A stretch of DNA of 63,030 nt, filler included, from Klebsormidium nitens (lineage: Eukaryota > Plantae > Klebsormidiophyceae), in the NCBI GenBank assembly GCA_000708835.1. It is 4 parts of 4 records of this genome, joined end to end, with 100 filler letters (N's around TTAATTAATTAA, not from the genome) between each part and the next. Parts side by side here need not be neighbours in the genome. Positions count along the whole stretch, not along the records: positions 1 to 25,017 come from DF237863.1; 3 more parts are not named here. One strand, written 5' to 3'. The position numbers and the translations under genes were made by a program. Under the pieces are notes generated by a model. The model was not told the origin of the DNA. It made no database searches and saw only the letters and a program-made list of their open reading frames with translations. Shown one piece after another: positions 9,807 through 22,847 of this stretch; the stretch's first letter is position 1; every line of letters begins with the position of its first letter.

Positions 9807-12697
9807 ATGAGGAGTGCTTCCACTCCCAGCGGGACAGGTAGCAACCAGCAGCTGGCCTCAGTGGGAACCAGGCCAGACTTCGCAGAGCGCGGCTCAGGTA
9901 AGCCACCAAAGAGTCGGCGGCGCCACCTTAGCATCGCTCTCTCTGCAGGGTTGAGATTGTGGCCCACAGTGCAAATGGGGGCTGGTTTAGATCAAAAGGG
10001 CTGGTTTAAATTGAATGTGGGCGGGTTTAGACCAAATGGGGGCTGGTTTAGATCAAATGTGGGCTGGTTTAAAGTGAATGTGGGCTGGTTTAGACCAAAT
10101 GTGGGCTGCTTCAGATCGATTCCAGCTCGGAGGGTAAACTGCTTCCTGATGCTGCAATGTGGAGCTGCCCGTTGACTGATGTGGCTGCAATTAACATGGC
10201 AATCTTGGCAAAGCTAGAGTTTGATAGCGGGGCAGAAATGCAGTTGAGGTTATCCTCCAACGTGGCACCATCTAGGCCACCATCTAGTCTGCGTCGCTGC
10301 TACACACCATAAAGACAAATATACTGGGTTCTAGAAAGTGGTAAATGGTAAGCACGCATTGTCACTTCCTTGCTGAGCCAACAATCCAGCATGTAACAGC
10401 CTAAACACGTGCTGCACCACCATCGAACAAGACAATCGCAAAGTGGCACTTTGTCGAGGTGCTCAGCGCCGTAACGTTGAGCTTACGTTTGTTAATTCGG
10501 AGGAACCCGTGGTACTCCACAACGCTGCCACATACGGCGATCATCTTCTAAGCCCGAATGCACCGACTCTTCACAACGAAACGCCTCACTCAGTGCCCGC
10601 ACCTCCCTTTGTGCAGGCAGCCAAGGCCCAGACACCTCCCCGGAGCTCCCGGGCTCCGATTCACGGGAGTTCAGCTTTCCGGCGGCTGATGATGTGGGGC
10701 CGTCTCAGCAGCTTGCTGCTACCGGAGCGAGGCCTCCAGGGGAGCCCGGCTCGAGGACGAGCGACGACGATGCGGAGGAGAGTCCGGAGAAGGGAGGGGG
10801 CAGGCGGCAGAAGCTGACCCAGAAGCAGGCGCAAGAGCTGGAGGCGCTCTTCCAAGCCGACCCCTCGGGCCCGGCAGGTGAGGGCCGCTCGCGGCTTGAG
10901 CTGGTCCGGCTGGCAGAAAAGGATGCTGAGGCGAGGGGCGTTTACCAGGCGACCATAGCTGAGTTCGTGCCTGCTCGACGCGCCAGTTGATGTTTCGATA
11001 GGCAGGAAGATAAAAGTCGCCATCCCTGTCAAGCAGGGCCGACGCCTGCGAATGTCATCCCAGGTGCGCTGTAGTGTCTTACGCAGCCGAGAGTTGGTCC
11101 TGACAACAGACCAGGGCAGCTTCCGTGACTGCTTATAGTAAGTTGCGAATGCTTCTCTTTATGATCCAGCTTTACGGGCTGGGCTCGCGTTATCTGCATC
11201 GTGACAAGGTCTTTGTTTTTGTGCAGCCCGGAGAGCCGCCCTCTCCCAGCAGTTCGGCTTGCCGCAACAGCAGATTGCCAACTGGTTCCAGAACAGGCGG
11301 GCAAGAGGTGAGATGAGAACCGATGACGTGGCACTTCCAAGCAGATTGCCGAATGATTCGCTTCTTCAGACCGTACAGTGCTTCACTATTGTACAGCTTC
11401 GCACTGCTTTTTCCAAGTGGCTGATCATCGTGCATCTCTCTGCATTACAGAAAGGAACATGGAACTGCAACAAGACTTCGAGACTGTACGAAGGTGCCTC
11501 AGAGCCGCTTTCGAGGAAAACCTGATGCTGCGGAGACAAGTGAGTGACCGGGCTTCACTTTCTACACCTACTGCTGAGACAGGAGCTGACGTGATCAAAG
11601 TCACAAATCTCAGCTCAAGGGGACCTTTCCGAAACAATCCAGCAAGCATTTGTGTCAGGCTTTACGGCAACGTTCTTACTTCGAGGCAGCGTTCTGGGTA
11701 ACTTCCAAATCCTGTTAGCAGGACTTTCTGCTTCAGTGAGAGCCGCCGACAACAATGTTGAGGTTCCTAATGCTTCGCGCATTCAACAAGGCTACTCTTC
11801 TTCTTCGAGGCAGGGTTCCTGATTCCAAGTGTTGCGGGGCCCTTCAGCCATAGTTCGATCTCCTCGTTACATCCGTCTTGTGTTTGCTTCGCAAGCCGCA
11901 AGGTTGTTAGATCACCGTACATCGAGTGCATCGTGCCTGGCTGCGACCGTTTGCTGACGTCACCCGTCTCTGTCGAACAGCTCGAGGAGCTTCGCGCGGA
12001 GCACGCGCTCTGCCCGCCGCGCGGGTCCGCCAAGCCCGATGCGGACGCGTTTCAAATGTCGTTTCCGTCGCGCTCTGGCCAGATGACGTGGCAAGCCCCG
12101 GCCTTCGGATCGTCCCCCCACCTTCTCTTTCCCCCGACCGCGAGCCCGCCTCTTAAGCGGCCCCCGCGCTCCGTCTCCGAATCCGCCCTGCCAAAGCGCG
12201 CGCGCGTCGGCTCCCCCCCCGAGGCGACCGCGTTCTCGGGTCCCTCTTTCCGCTCCCAGACTCCGGTCGGCGAGCGGAACCCGGACAGTTTAAGCAACGA
12301 CCGTTTTGGGGGGTTGCCGTTCGGGCAGCTAGCTCCGGCGCGCGCACCCCCCATGCTCGCCTCCGCGCCTTTGCCCACTACGACGACACCCACGTGGCCG
12401 CTCACGCTCGACGAGGCCTTCCGTGATTTGCTCAGAGGGGATCAGGGCACCAGCGGCATCTCTGCTGCGCCTCAGGGTTATCTGGGGGATCCCTTCCGGC
12501 CTCTTCCTGGCGGAGTGGGGCTGACAATCCGCCCTCTTAGTCCGTTTGATCTGGGTGCCTTGCCGCCCCTGGAGCCGGGCAGCGACGCCGCCCGCATTCC
12601 CCCAGAGATCGGCGGGGCGCCGGGGCCATATGCGGACGCGAGCGAAGACCTTCCAGGGAACTTGGACCCGGAGGTGCCTCCCTGGTGGGAAGACTGA
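9807..12697 (+). CDS. Homeodomain-leucine zipper (HD-Zip I/II-like) transcription factor, paralogue 1, about 412 aa, 5 exons
   Basis: Exons 9807-9897, 10617-10877, 11227-11307, 11451-11539, 11981-12697 (GT-AG, in phase, 1239 nt). HD RRQKLTQKQAQELEALFQADPSGPAARRAALSQQFGLPQQQIANWFQNRRAR followed directly by zipper ERNMELQQDFETVRRCLRAAFEENLMLRRQLEELRAEH. Exon 1 is the least certain. Confidence 0.88.
9974..10116. repeat. About 21-bp minisatellite (AAATGTGGGCTGGTTTAGATC), about 7 copies, in HD-Zip paralogue 1 intron 1
   Basis: Repeated GGGCTGGTTTAG/AA units read directly. Confidence 0.9.
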
Positions 12698-13955
12698 GCG
12701 CGCGCGGGGCTGCCAGCAGGAGCGCGCGCGCCCTCTGCATCTGAGGCGCGAGTGATCGCACGCCACTGCTTGGAGGTATGAAACTAGATGACATTCACTC
12801 TGATGCAGTAGGGATGACGTGCACCGACAGCTTACAGTTGTATGAATGCTGGACGGGCTCGCGGCTTCCAATCGACGATCAAGTCTAGTCGGAAAGTCAG
12901 GGCGTGTAGCTACGCTCATGGCCTTAAGGGTAGGATTTTGCAGACAGCTATAAGCCGAGAACACCACCACGCTGATTCCTTGGGAAGCTGGCTAGCCTGA
13001 CCTCCGATGCCTTACATTGAGTTCCAGCCCTTAGGTGTAGACGCAAGCGGGCACGTGGCTCGACTGATGTTGGATTAATGCACGCGGGTTGAGATGGGCA
13101 CGCACTAACAGCTGTGCGCACGAACAGGATGAAGCAATTTTGGAAGGGTCTTCGATCGTAAACGCCACTCCATTCAAAAGGCCCGTTTTGTAACCAGATG
13201 CGCTGTAACAAACAAGTATAGATTGGTGTATGATTACGTTCGCTCGAACTCGTACCAAGTCATGTTTTCCAGTCGGTGTAGATTTGGAACTCGATTGTTG
13301 GGGGCCGGAACCGGAGGGTCTTCTCGCCTGGGGCAGAATCTCCTGCTCACAGTCAGTGCAAAACTTCTGCCTCACACCGTGCACCCTATGATAATCAACC
13401 GCTATTTTATGGAATTATTGCTCGACCATGTCTACTGGGTAGAAGCGCGAATATGGTTACAAAGCACTTCATCATGGAGGGGCTTGGCTTTAGGATACCC
13501 AGGGAAGGGTACTCTGATCAGCAGTTGCAGAAACATGCAGATGACAACTAGAGCCGCCTTACACGCGTATGTGATGTCATGATATCTGTAACGATGTTCA
13601 TCCAAACTCCACCTTCACATGTCATCGGAATCTGAAGATACTGGACAGCGAACCGCAAAGAACGTCGAAAGCCGTGTGCAAGTGACATATAAAGGAGTTG
13701 CCATGGAATGCTGGTAGACGCCGTATGAAACAGTACTCACGGAAGTCATGTCAGCTTGCCGAGCTACCGATCGATGAACACTATCCTGGTAAGGCTCGCC
13801 GCTACTGTCCTGATAATATTAGTCCACCACTAGAGAGCATCTGTGCATACGTCATGCGCTGGGCAATCAACTGAAACTTCGACGTCGCCCTTGACAATGC
13901 GCACCGACCCGTTCGCTTTTCACCTCTCCGATTGCTGGGCGATCCGTGATGTGGA

Positions 13956-14388
13956 ATGGACGTCCGTCGTCAGGAGCTGCCGGTGGTTCGGTGGAGCTCG
14001 CGGCCCTGGAAAGCGCGCAGGCATAGCGCAGGAAGCGCACCTTGCGCAGATGCTCGAGTTGGAACCGAGCAGGCGGCCGCGACGAAAGGGCGCGCGACGC
14101 TTGAATTGGAACCGCTTGAAACTGCTCGGGGGCCCAGGAAGAACGCGCGGGGTGACGTGGTGCAAGGAGTGCCAGAAATTAGCGCCAGGGTGCAGACACT
14201 GAGAGCGCGCCAAAGCGCGCAAGACAACGAGGTTGAGGCGGCGTTGCGCGCGCTGAGCACGGAACGGCTAGCTCTGAAAGGAACAATATTCAAGGCAGGA
14301 GGAAAATGTCAAGAAACTGCAAAGGAACGCGGCGGTGGCCGCGTGCCGATGTGACGAGAGCGGCGTTGAACGGAGCGGATGCATGGCA
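13956..14388 (+). pseudogene. Possible decayed coiled-coil coding segment, family unrecognised
   Basis: GC-rich, protein-like text alternates between frames (EISARVQTLRARQSAQDNEVEAALRALSTERLALK) and ends at a CAG|GTGCGG donor-like site. Confidence 0.25.
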
Positions 14389-15574
14389 GGTGCGGACTCC
14401 AATTCAAATGTCTGAGAAAGCCACATTCTGGGACTCGGGCCTCGTCGATTAGATTGCTGTGAGCGGCAGGTAACTCTGTTCAAGGGGTCCTTCCTCTGGG
14501 TCACTAATCGCAGCGGGTGTTGAGGCTCACCGGCTACCGGACCCTGATTAGTTGTAGACTACCGTTCTCAAAGCGTAGTCAAACGGCTCCTCTCTTTCAA
14601 TCTCTCTCAGTTGCGGACATCTGTCCGACCAACAATGCAGCTTACGCTGTAGCCGGGGGGGTTCTTCCCATGCAACTTTGAGAAGTCAACCGAACATCAT
14701 AAATTCGCTCGAGAGCACTCGAAACGTGGGGTGCTGCGACGACGTGTTCCTCTTTGAAAATCTGTGCTGAAAGTGCCCAAAGGCTCATTTGACACCAGCA
14801 GATTCTAGACTTCGCCACTCAGATCAGCCACCCCTCATGACTTATAGAAAGTAAACATCGAAGATTCTGCCGAGAGTGAAATGACCTTTCCAAGCGTGTT
14901 CCATAAATTCAAAGCTGTGCAAGGCGGAACGCTTGGTCGGACTCCGGGACAAGCGACGCCGGGAAGCAGCAGCACGGCGGGCCAGTTCCTCGTCTCCGAC
15001 TCTCGCTCGGCTCATGCCCCGGTCGGTCAATCACATCCCCGACGCAGAGAAAGGGGGCTCGGCGCCGGCCCGGGAAGGTTTTCTTGGGGCATACGGCCAG
15101 CCCTCTGGTTGTCAGAGATAATGTTTGGGCTTCGCTTTTGCTCAGCTCTTCTCGCGCTTGCGCAGCTGTTTCTTGGGCAGTTATACCGCCCAGTACAAAA
15201 CCGGGAGTACTTGCAGGTGAGGTAGGGTCGTGGTCAATGATAGTTTCAACGGTGCAACGGTGCGCGTGCGTTGCTCGCCTATCGTGATACAAGCTGTAAC
15301 AGCGCTAACGTGCGACTCCGGACGACTCCAATATCGCTCCAATTTCCACGTATAAAACTCGCAGTCGACGATGCAGCCCAGAATGAGATTGCAGCGTGTG
15401 AAGCAGAGGACGTTGAGGACCTGCGCGTTGTGTACATTCGGCAACTTGGGATGCACGATGAGTGCATTTGTGAAGAACGTAGCAGTCAGAGTCCGACACG
15501 TTCTTGAATTTCTGAAATGAACCCAGGCGTCCGGCACACTGCTCACGTCTAGCTCGGCCACCAGCTAGCAGGTA

Positions 15575-16800
15575 TTACACAGCTTCATTTTCGATGTCCG
15601 TCACTGAACAATCTTTTGATGGCATGGGGGCCGGATGCACATGTCGGAGATCAAGAAAGCATGTATTGATGCCGGTGCCTTCGAGATACGGGTTCGACAA
15701 AACATGAGAGGGCGATACAGCATCTGGGATTGATGCATTTGCATTTGCTTCGGTGGCACCACTGTAACAAAGGTTACGGTGGTCTCGCACCTCTGCCTTG
15801 CAATCGGGACTTGGTGTGGCGGGCATCTTGTGCGCGGGGATCACTTGATACTGCGCGTGATTAGCACTATAGTTAGAATCTATGGACCGAGGGGTGGCAC
15901 CCACATGATCGTATCGAACGCATCCTGAGCTGAAGGGTAAGGTTGCACACATACATGGAATGCTTGGCTCAATTGCAGCTGCGAGCTTGGCCGCGGCTTA
16001 ATGATGGTTCGGAGTCTAGTATGTCTCAGATCGAGCTGCTGATCCACGATTGCACACAACTGTGCCAGCGCACCAGCTAACATGTCACCTCGACTTTTCG
16101 TGCTGGAAGTTGGTTCGAATCCAAAAGCAAGCCCTTACAGGGAATCGACTGTGATTGATGTGACGCGCTCGGTTGATTCCGAGATATGAAACAGCTGTTC
16201 AAAAGGCAGCTTATCAAGTGGACGTCGGCTCTCAGCTGGTGGGCTGCGGATGATCGTTGTCAAGAGGATGTCCAAGTTGTGAAGATCACTAATCAGTTGC
16301 CGTGACTGTTTCCGAGTATTAAGCAGCGGAGCGAGATCAATCGATGTCTCTATCGCCTCAATACCGTTGCCCCATTCTGAAACTTTCAGGTCAGTCTACG
16401 AGAGTGGCCCGTCAACAATAAAGGCAAATATATGCTCTATGTAAGCAGGCGGCGGCTTCCAGAAAGAGCGATTCCAATCACGTGACTGCTGATCTTCTGA
16501 GCCAACGTGGAAGCTGACATCTATTCCTATCGGGTTCCTATCCTGCCTTTTATGTACGATAAACGGCAAGCCCAGGTCACTCAGCAGAGTTGGGATACAG
16601 ATTCCCCTAAGAGGAGGGCGGGTTGTGACGCGAGCTATTGCTGACGTCCGTCTGAGTGATCAGATTGTTTCAGTTGCCTCTACGAAGCTCAGCCTGAGTG
16701 CTTCGTCAACTTCGACCGCATATGCATGGCCCCTGGACATGATCATATCGCTACTGTGCCCGTGGCACGCTTCATGAAATCTACTCCCGTATGCAGCTTC
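15575..16800 (-). pseudogene. Decayed intronless ORF of about 400 codons, family unrecognised
   Basis: Long open stretches continue in frame across single stops (ETI*SLRR...; VDSL*GLAFGFEP...MLAGALAQLCAIVDQQLDL); two frame changes near 16380 and 15880. Confidence 0.4.
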
Positions 16801-18745
16801 TTACGGGCTTCGTCACTTCTTACCAACTAGTTATGCAGATTTCATTGAGTGTATCGTCAAACAATTAGCAGCGGCCCTTGAGACATTGCTAGCTACCTAA
16901 AGCTAGCTTGCATCTGTCATGTCTTAGACACGACCTCTAAAGCTTTTATAAGAGGCGGGCAGCCTGAGGACGTCGGCAACCCATATGCCTGCGGCGGCCG
17001 GAGCAATGCCCCCGGCTGGCAGATTTATGGATTGGAATCTGGTATGGCAATCTGCAAAGTATGATCTCCTGATTACGATTCGGCCTAGCTGCTTAAACTG
17101 TTAACTTATAGTCAGTGCTCTCGAGAAAGATATTGAGACGGCTGCTCGATCTGGGCCGGTTTTGTACAAGGTGATCAACACTTTAAAATTAGCTAATTAG
17201 GTCCGCAACCGCAAGTAACAAGGCAGTAACGTTGCAGAGGTGATTGAGACTGGCTTCAGCCTGTGGGTTTCTTCGAGGGTTGCAATTGGCGGCGAGCCTG
17301 CTCAGTGTATATTGCGGGGCGCTGCAAAACGCTAGATCTGAGAGCAAGGCCTGCTAGGTGTCTGATTGTCAATTGATCAATGATAGGGTGTTCCGGATTC
17401 ATGCATGATCTATCAGATTGTCTAGCAGATGCAACAGGCTTCTCAAGCAGCCACGTAAGGCAGGTCTGAGGTGGCCGTTGAAATCAGGAAGATCGGATCG
17501 GATGCATGATGTATCCGACCTCGATTTCGTGCATCATCATGCGACAGAGTGGAAATCCGAAAAGCTCGAGTCGCTGACCTCAGATTCACACCGACGATAC
17601 GGTGCGAGTCACGACCATCCAATCGCACGATTTTCGAATCTGTCGGGACCATCTAAGCCCTCGATGGTCTGACATGCGCCCATATGAGCGGTTCGTTTTG
17701 GAGGCCGATACTTGTGACGCACCGCGCGTAGATTTGTTGACATCACAATGAGTAACGTCAACCGGGGTCCGAACCCGTGTTTTTCGGAGTTGAAAAGTAA
17801 ATGTAAGCTCGCAACGGCAATCTCGATACCTGTGCTTTCACAGATGTACCTACCTATTCCGCTGTCTTCAATTCGAAGGGTTTAATACGGCTACCGTACC
17901 GTCTTGACCCAGGTCATGCCCGGGAGACGAATAGAGTTCGTTTGGGGTTTAGTGTGGGCAAGGGTAAAAGGAGTGTGCTAACTCTAGGTGTAAATTCCCG
18001 TTAGTCTAAGCCGAGGGAACTGATCCGGGTAACTAAACATAGGGGTCTCGTCGAGGCCGAGTCGCAATGTTGGCATGTGGTCAACTTCAATGGCGAAGTC
18101 ACCATACAGGAGAGCTAGCCTGTCAAGTGACATGTACGGCCCTACGGGGTGCCTTCTCTCAAAGGGTACGGTATTGAGCAACTTCTCGATCCGCTTCCAA
18201 AGACGAGATTAGCAGCGCAGTAGTAGGCAGACTCCAGCCTGTGGAATGGTTCTGCCAGCTGTCCTGCAGCTCGCCAACTGGTGCTGAACATCGGGCCTGG
18301 TCTGCTGGAAGGAGCCAAACTTCACATAAAGAAGCCAAAGCTTTCCAGCTGAAGGCAAAAGGCCTCTTCGGCAAAGGGCCTATTCGCTGTTTAAAGCTGT
18401 CTATCCAATACAAGTTGTATTTGGCTCTCATAGTCTGCATAGTGGGAGAAAACCAGCAAGCAAGCATGTAACAACAGACTCTGCTGCATTGATTTGCTGC
18501 TTCAATCTGCATCAGGTAAATCAGCTTAGAGGCAGTTTTGAATACTGTGCATTCAACCACACTCTCCTCGGCACGTCCTTCTCGTCAGCAAGGAGACACC
18601 GCAAGCTAGCAGACGTGCATTTCCGCGTGCAATGGACCAGCGAACAGCGGCTTGCTGAGTCCTGCCACCTTTGCGGGAGCAGATCTCCGTGCCTGGGCCG
18701 GTGCATTGAATCTTTGAGCCAGAGCATCAGCATGAGCTGTCGGGC

Positions 18746-21629
18746 ATGAGGAACTGCGATGGACCACACACAGGTGTCCCCCAGGGCAAGTTTGGCGCCC
18801 TGACCGCTGGGGTACCCGGCCGGTCTCCTCGCGACGTCATTGTTGCTGCAGAAGATGAGCGAGAGCTGCATTTCATCCCTGGAGCTGACAGGCATGCTGG
18901 TGAGCTACAGCTTTTCATGCTCAATATATTTTCTAGCTTGCTTTGCCTCATCCTCTTGTCGGTACGGTGCAGGGCATGACTGCATTGGTATTGAGCGAAT
19001 GCGACCAAGGAGGCCCCTCAAGCTGAGTGCTGCTTTGGCACGACACAAGAACCCTGTGCAGTGAGCACAGAAGTTCTGCTGGTTTGCCTCCAGACATGCA
19101 CACAGAGCACACGGACCCTAGAATGGGGCGCCGTGAATGTGAATTGTGCTTGACCCTGCGCCACTCCTGCCTCATTGTGACGAGGACAGGACAGAAGTGT
19201 GCCCAATGGACAGAGTTGCCCAATCATGTTACCAACTCAGAAACTGGTGCAAACGTATGACACTGGGCGTAAAGTTGTCGCATCGGCCCCTTGTCTTTCA
19301 CTTGCTCTAAACAAGCCCACACCCGTCAGCCGTGCACTTATGTCCAGCTGGCAAAGCGCTTGCTCGGCTATAGATTCCTATCAAGACTCCGCTCGTGCAT
19401 TTTTGAACCAAGGTATGTAGCGACCACCCTGTTGCTGCATCCTCATAATCTCTGAACAATTTAGGGTTGGATTCGATGTCGCTGATTGCTTAGCTGCCTT
19501 TTCCACAGGATCTGGGCGCACCACTGTGCACCTTGAGGCGGAAGCCGCGGAGGGGGAGCGCCCGCAGTCCCCGGGGCCCAAGGTCCCCTCCTCGGGCTCC
19601 GTACCCTCCCCGCCAAAGCGCGAGAGCCAGCATGACTCAGCACAGAAGACTTCGAGCGGCAGTGGGGACAACTCCACTAAGGGGGAAAGTGCCCGGAAGA
19701 AGCTGAGCCACCGCCAGGTGGAGGTCCTGGAAGAGGTTTTTCAAATGGACCCGGCAGGCGTGCCAGGCAAGTCAGAGATCTGTGCAAAGAAGTGAAGCTC
19801 GGCAGATGCTTGTGTTTGGCATGTTGAGAGTCTAGAGCTTAACTGCTCTTTAACGGCTGGATTAGAGGAGTCTTCCTGCTTGTCTTGTCTCTAAATCTAG
19901 GTTAATTGTAAATGCTACACGGTTCAGGTAGGTCCTGCCAAAACGAAAGTAGTATCCATCGGCTCTTGTCATGAGCAAACAGGATGCCCTTGATTGATGC
20001 AACATTGGTTTATTGTGGCACAATCCTTACAGACTGCGCTCTGTGCTGCTTTGCCCTGATGGCTACTTTGGCTGCCGTATTATCGTGTCGTGTTCTCGGA
20101 TTCGCTTCAGATTGATCCATCAAATGAGGGTCCAGGTTTGGTGACAGAGGCTCCTCTTTCTCCTGCAAAATGTCACTGCTGATCGGTGCTGCCGCTCTCT
20201 TGGCCAGAACACCGAGCCGCACTCGCGCGAGAGTTTGGCGTGGCTCAGCAGCAGATCGCTACGTGGTTCCAGAACAGGCGGGCACGGGAGCGCAACCGTC
20301 AGCTGCATCGGGACTTTGAGGCGCTCCGGGAGTGCCTCATGGAGACATCCAATGACAACCTGCGCCTGCGTATGGAGGTGGGCACTCCTTCCGAGACGGA
20401 CAGCTGACTTGGTTGGAAGCACGCTGAGAAAATTGCCCCACATTAACCGTGTCATAAGAGGGAGGAGGTCGCAGGAAAAGTGAACGTTGTGAGACTGTTA
20501 TCAACCATAGTGTGGAAGTCGGAGCTCGAGTTGTCCAAGGAAAGGGGGCATTTGGTTTACATCATTTCTGGCTCTATGACTGAGGTTCTTGGAATCGCTA
20601 TCGAGCTAGCCACCCGTGCGCGCGTCATGTTGGAAGTTTAATATGGTGCCCAATATGGCGAGTCCAGCAGTGCGCATCTGCAAAACGGGTTTGCAGAAAA
20701 GGCCTGCATCCAGCTCATTGCAAAAGCGATCCAAGCTTCGTCAAGCGGTTGTGTAACTCGAAAATTTTCGGTTTTCAAGGAGAAGCCATGATGCACTGGG
20801 GGCGTAACTCCGAACACGTAAATGGATGCGAGCTTCATCTGGAGGGAAACATCTCGTAAGGGATACGGACGCTTGCGCTCCTTCTCGTAGGTCCTCTCAG
20901 AGGGTTTCATATGTTTCGTTGGCTTCTTTGCAGGTGGAAGAACTCAGGGCGACGCATGCGCAATGCAAGTCGGGGGCTGGGCTCGCAGCGAAACACGAGC
21001 CTGCCACGTTCCCTGCTCCTGCGCGCCACAGCCAGCCAGGGCGGACCCCTGGGCGCGACGCCAACGAGTGGACGGGGCGAGTCTACTGCCCCCCGGATGT
21101 GAAGCACAAGTCCATGCGGGCGGTGTCGCTGCTGGACCCCAGCGGCAGCTACGGCTCAGCGCCGCCCTCGTTCCGCTCGCCCTTGCCCGTGCCTTCTGCG
21201 AGCACCGACTCTCACGTCGCAGCTCACTTTCACCCTGGCTCCTTACCCCTCACGTTCGGCCTTCCCCCGCGCAACGACCCCTCCCCTTCTCCCGCCTCCC
21301 CTCCCGCCCTATTTCCATCTCTTCTGGAGCCAAAGGGCGACGTCACGCTGGACGAGGCCCTCTCCGGGGTGCTGCGGCACGGGCCGGGCCTGGGGTCGGC
21401 GGGAGGCCTTGTTCCAAGCCGGGGTGTCGGGGTCAGAGCTCTGCCGGCCCCGGGAATCGCCGTTCCAGCTACCTCAGCGGGGGTGCCTGGGCAGCCCCTC
21501 GGGGGGGGGCTTGCAAGGTGGGCGGGGCAAGCGCAGGAGGCGTCGCCCCCGTGGGACGGTACGGAGGACCTCTGGCAGGGGATGGAGCGGGTGCTGCCGG
21601 CGTGGTACTTCCGGAACCAAAGGGGATAG
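18746..21629 (+). CDS. HD-Zip transcription factor, paralogue 2, about 425 aa, 4 exons
   Basis: Exons 18746-18899, 19509-19766, 20208-20377, 20934-21629 (1278 nt, in phase; intron 2 has a GC donor). HD ARKKLSHRQVEVLEEVFQMDPAGVPEHRAALAREFGVAQQQIATWFQNRRAR plus zipper ERNRQLHRDFEALRECLMETSNDNLRLRMEVEELRATH. Confidence 0.87.
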
Positions 21630-22847
21630 ACGCCTGGCCGACACGGAGTGTAACTGACCAACTCAGGACTGCCCTCATTTTCGCCTGGGTAAACACATGG
21701 GTCCGATCAGACATAGGGAAGTTTTTGGCGCGCGTTTGACTGTCAAGGTGCCATGTGACTGGATTAACCCGAGTGTACGCACTTCGTCAAAATATGAAAG
21801 CTTTTGGATAAGGGTTTGTTAAGTTGGTGCAGGTTTGCTGGATAGTCTTGAAGGTTATGGAACTCCGCATTCAGGAGCTAGGGATGGGTCAGCGCAGGGA
21901 AGCAGTCACCCATACTGGGTGTTCCTCCAATTTCTCTGTTGTTAGTCAATGTTAGGAGCCTGTTCGAATTGACGAGGTGCGCGCACGGATCGGACAGCGT
22001 CTTAGCGCAAGGACGGCCGGGTAGCAGCTACTTTCTTTCGAAGAACATTGTTAGCTCTCCAATAGACGAAATTGAACCTAACCCGGGCGGGCAGTGTTGT
22101 ACTAAGAAGATTGAAAAGAATGCGGACACGGAATATTGTAATAGTAGGAGATCCTATAAGGGAATGATTAGCCCGCAGTTCGTCTTTTGGGTTCGATCAT
22201 AGCTGGATGCCAATCACTATCATCTGAAGCAAATCGATCGAATCAGTAATTTCCCGATTATGTCTCAAATGACTCATCCTTGTGCCATGTATGAGAAGTT
22301 TCACTACGTACTGTACAACGTTATATGTGCCAGCTAGCTAGGCAGGCTTATCTGGGTCCCACTTGTCTCGAATATCGAAGCAGCTCGGCCGGAGCCTCGG
22401 AGTCGGGCGTGCCAGCCTGCAGGCTAGCTCTCGGTCAAGCTAGTCTAGAATCCAATTTTAAGACGGTGGGAAGAATCCGATCAGCATGACATCGATCAGC
22501 CAATTAATGCATGCTGGAGCACTGAGACGTACCATATGATGACAGCGGTCAAGCTAGGCAAAAGGAGACCGATCATTCAATTGCAGTGCATCCGACATCT
22601 CAGTCATCGATCAAAACTGACGCGCCCGGCCTTACTACATCATGTCTTGCGGCAATCTATGCAAAACTCGTAGTTAATTGTGCTTGCCAAGTTATGGCCC
22701 ATGTGCCACTGCCAATATGAGTTCACCATGTCGAGAACCAAGAAAGGCTTCTCAAATCCTTTTTCAATGGCGAATCAAATCTCGGGCTTAGTTTCAGGAG
22801 GCCCTGCGAATGATTGCGTTTTACAGCTGCGTGCCATCATGGCATCA

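Noticed and set aside
12950-13800. Several 90-120 aa ORFs downstream of HD-Zip paralogue 1
   Set aside because: No recognisable motif, consistent splice structure or coding-like bias; treated as intergenic
16100-16130. GGTTCGAATCC B-box / T-loop motif
   Set aside because: No acceptor, D or anticodon stems can be folded around it; it lies within the decayed minus-strand ORF
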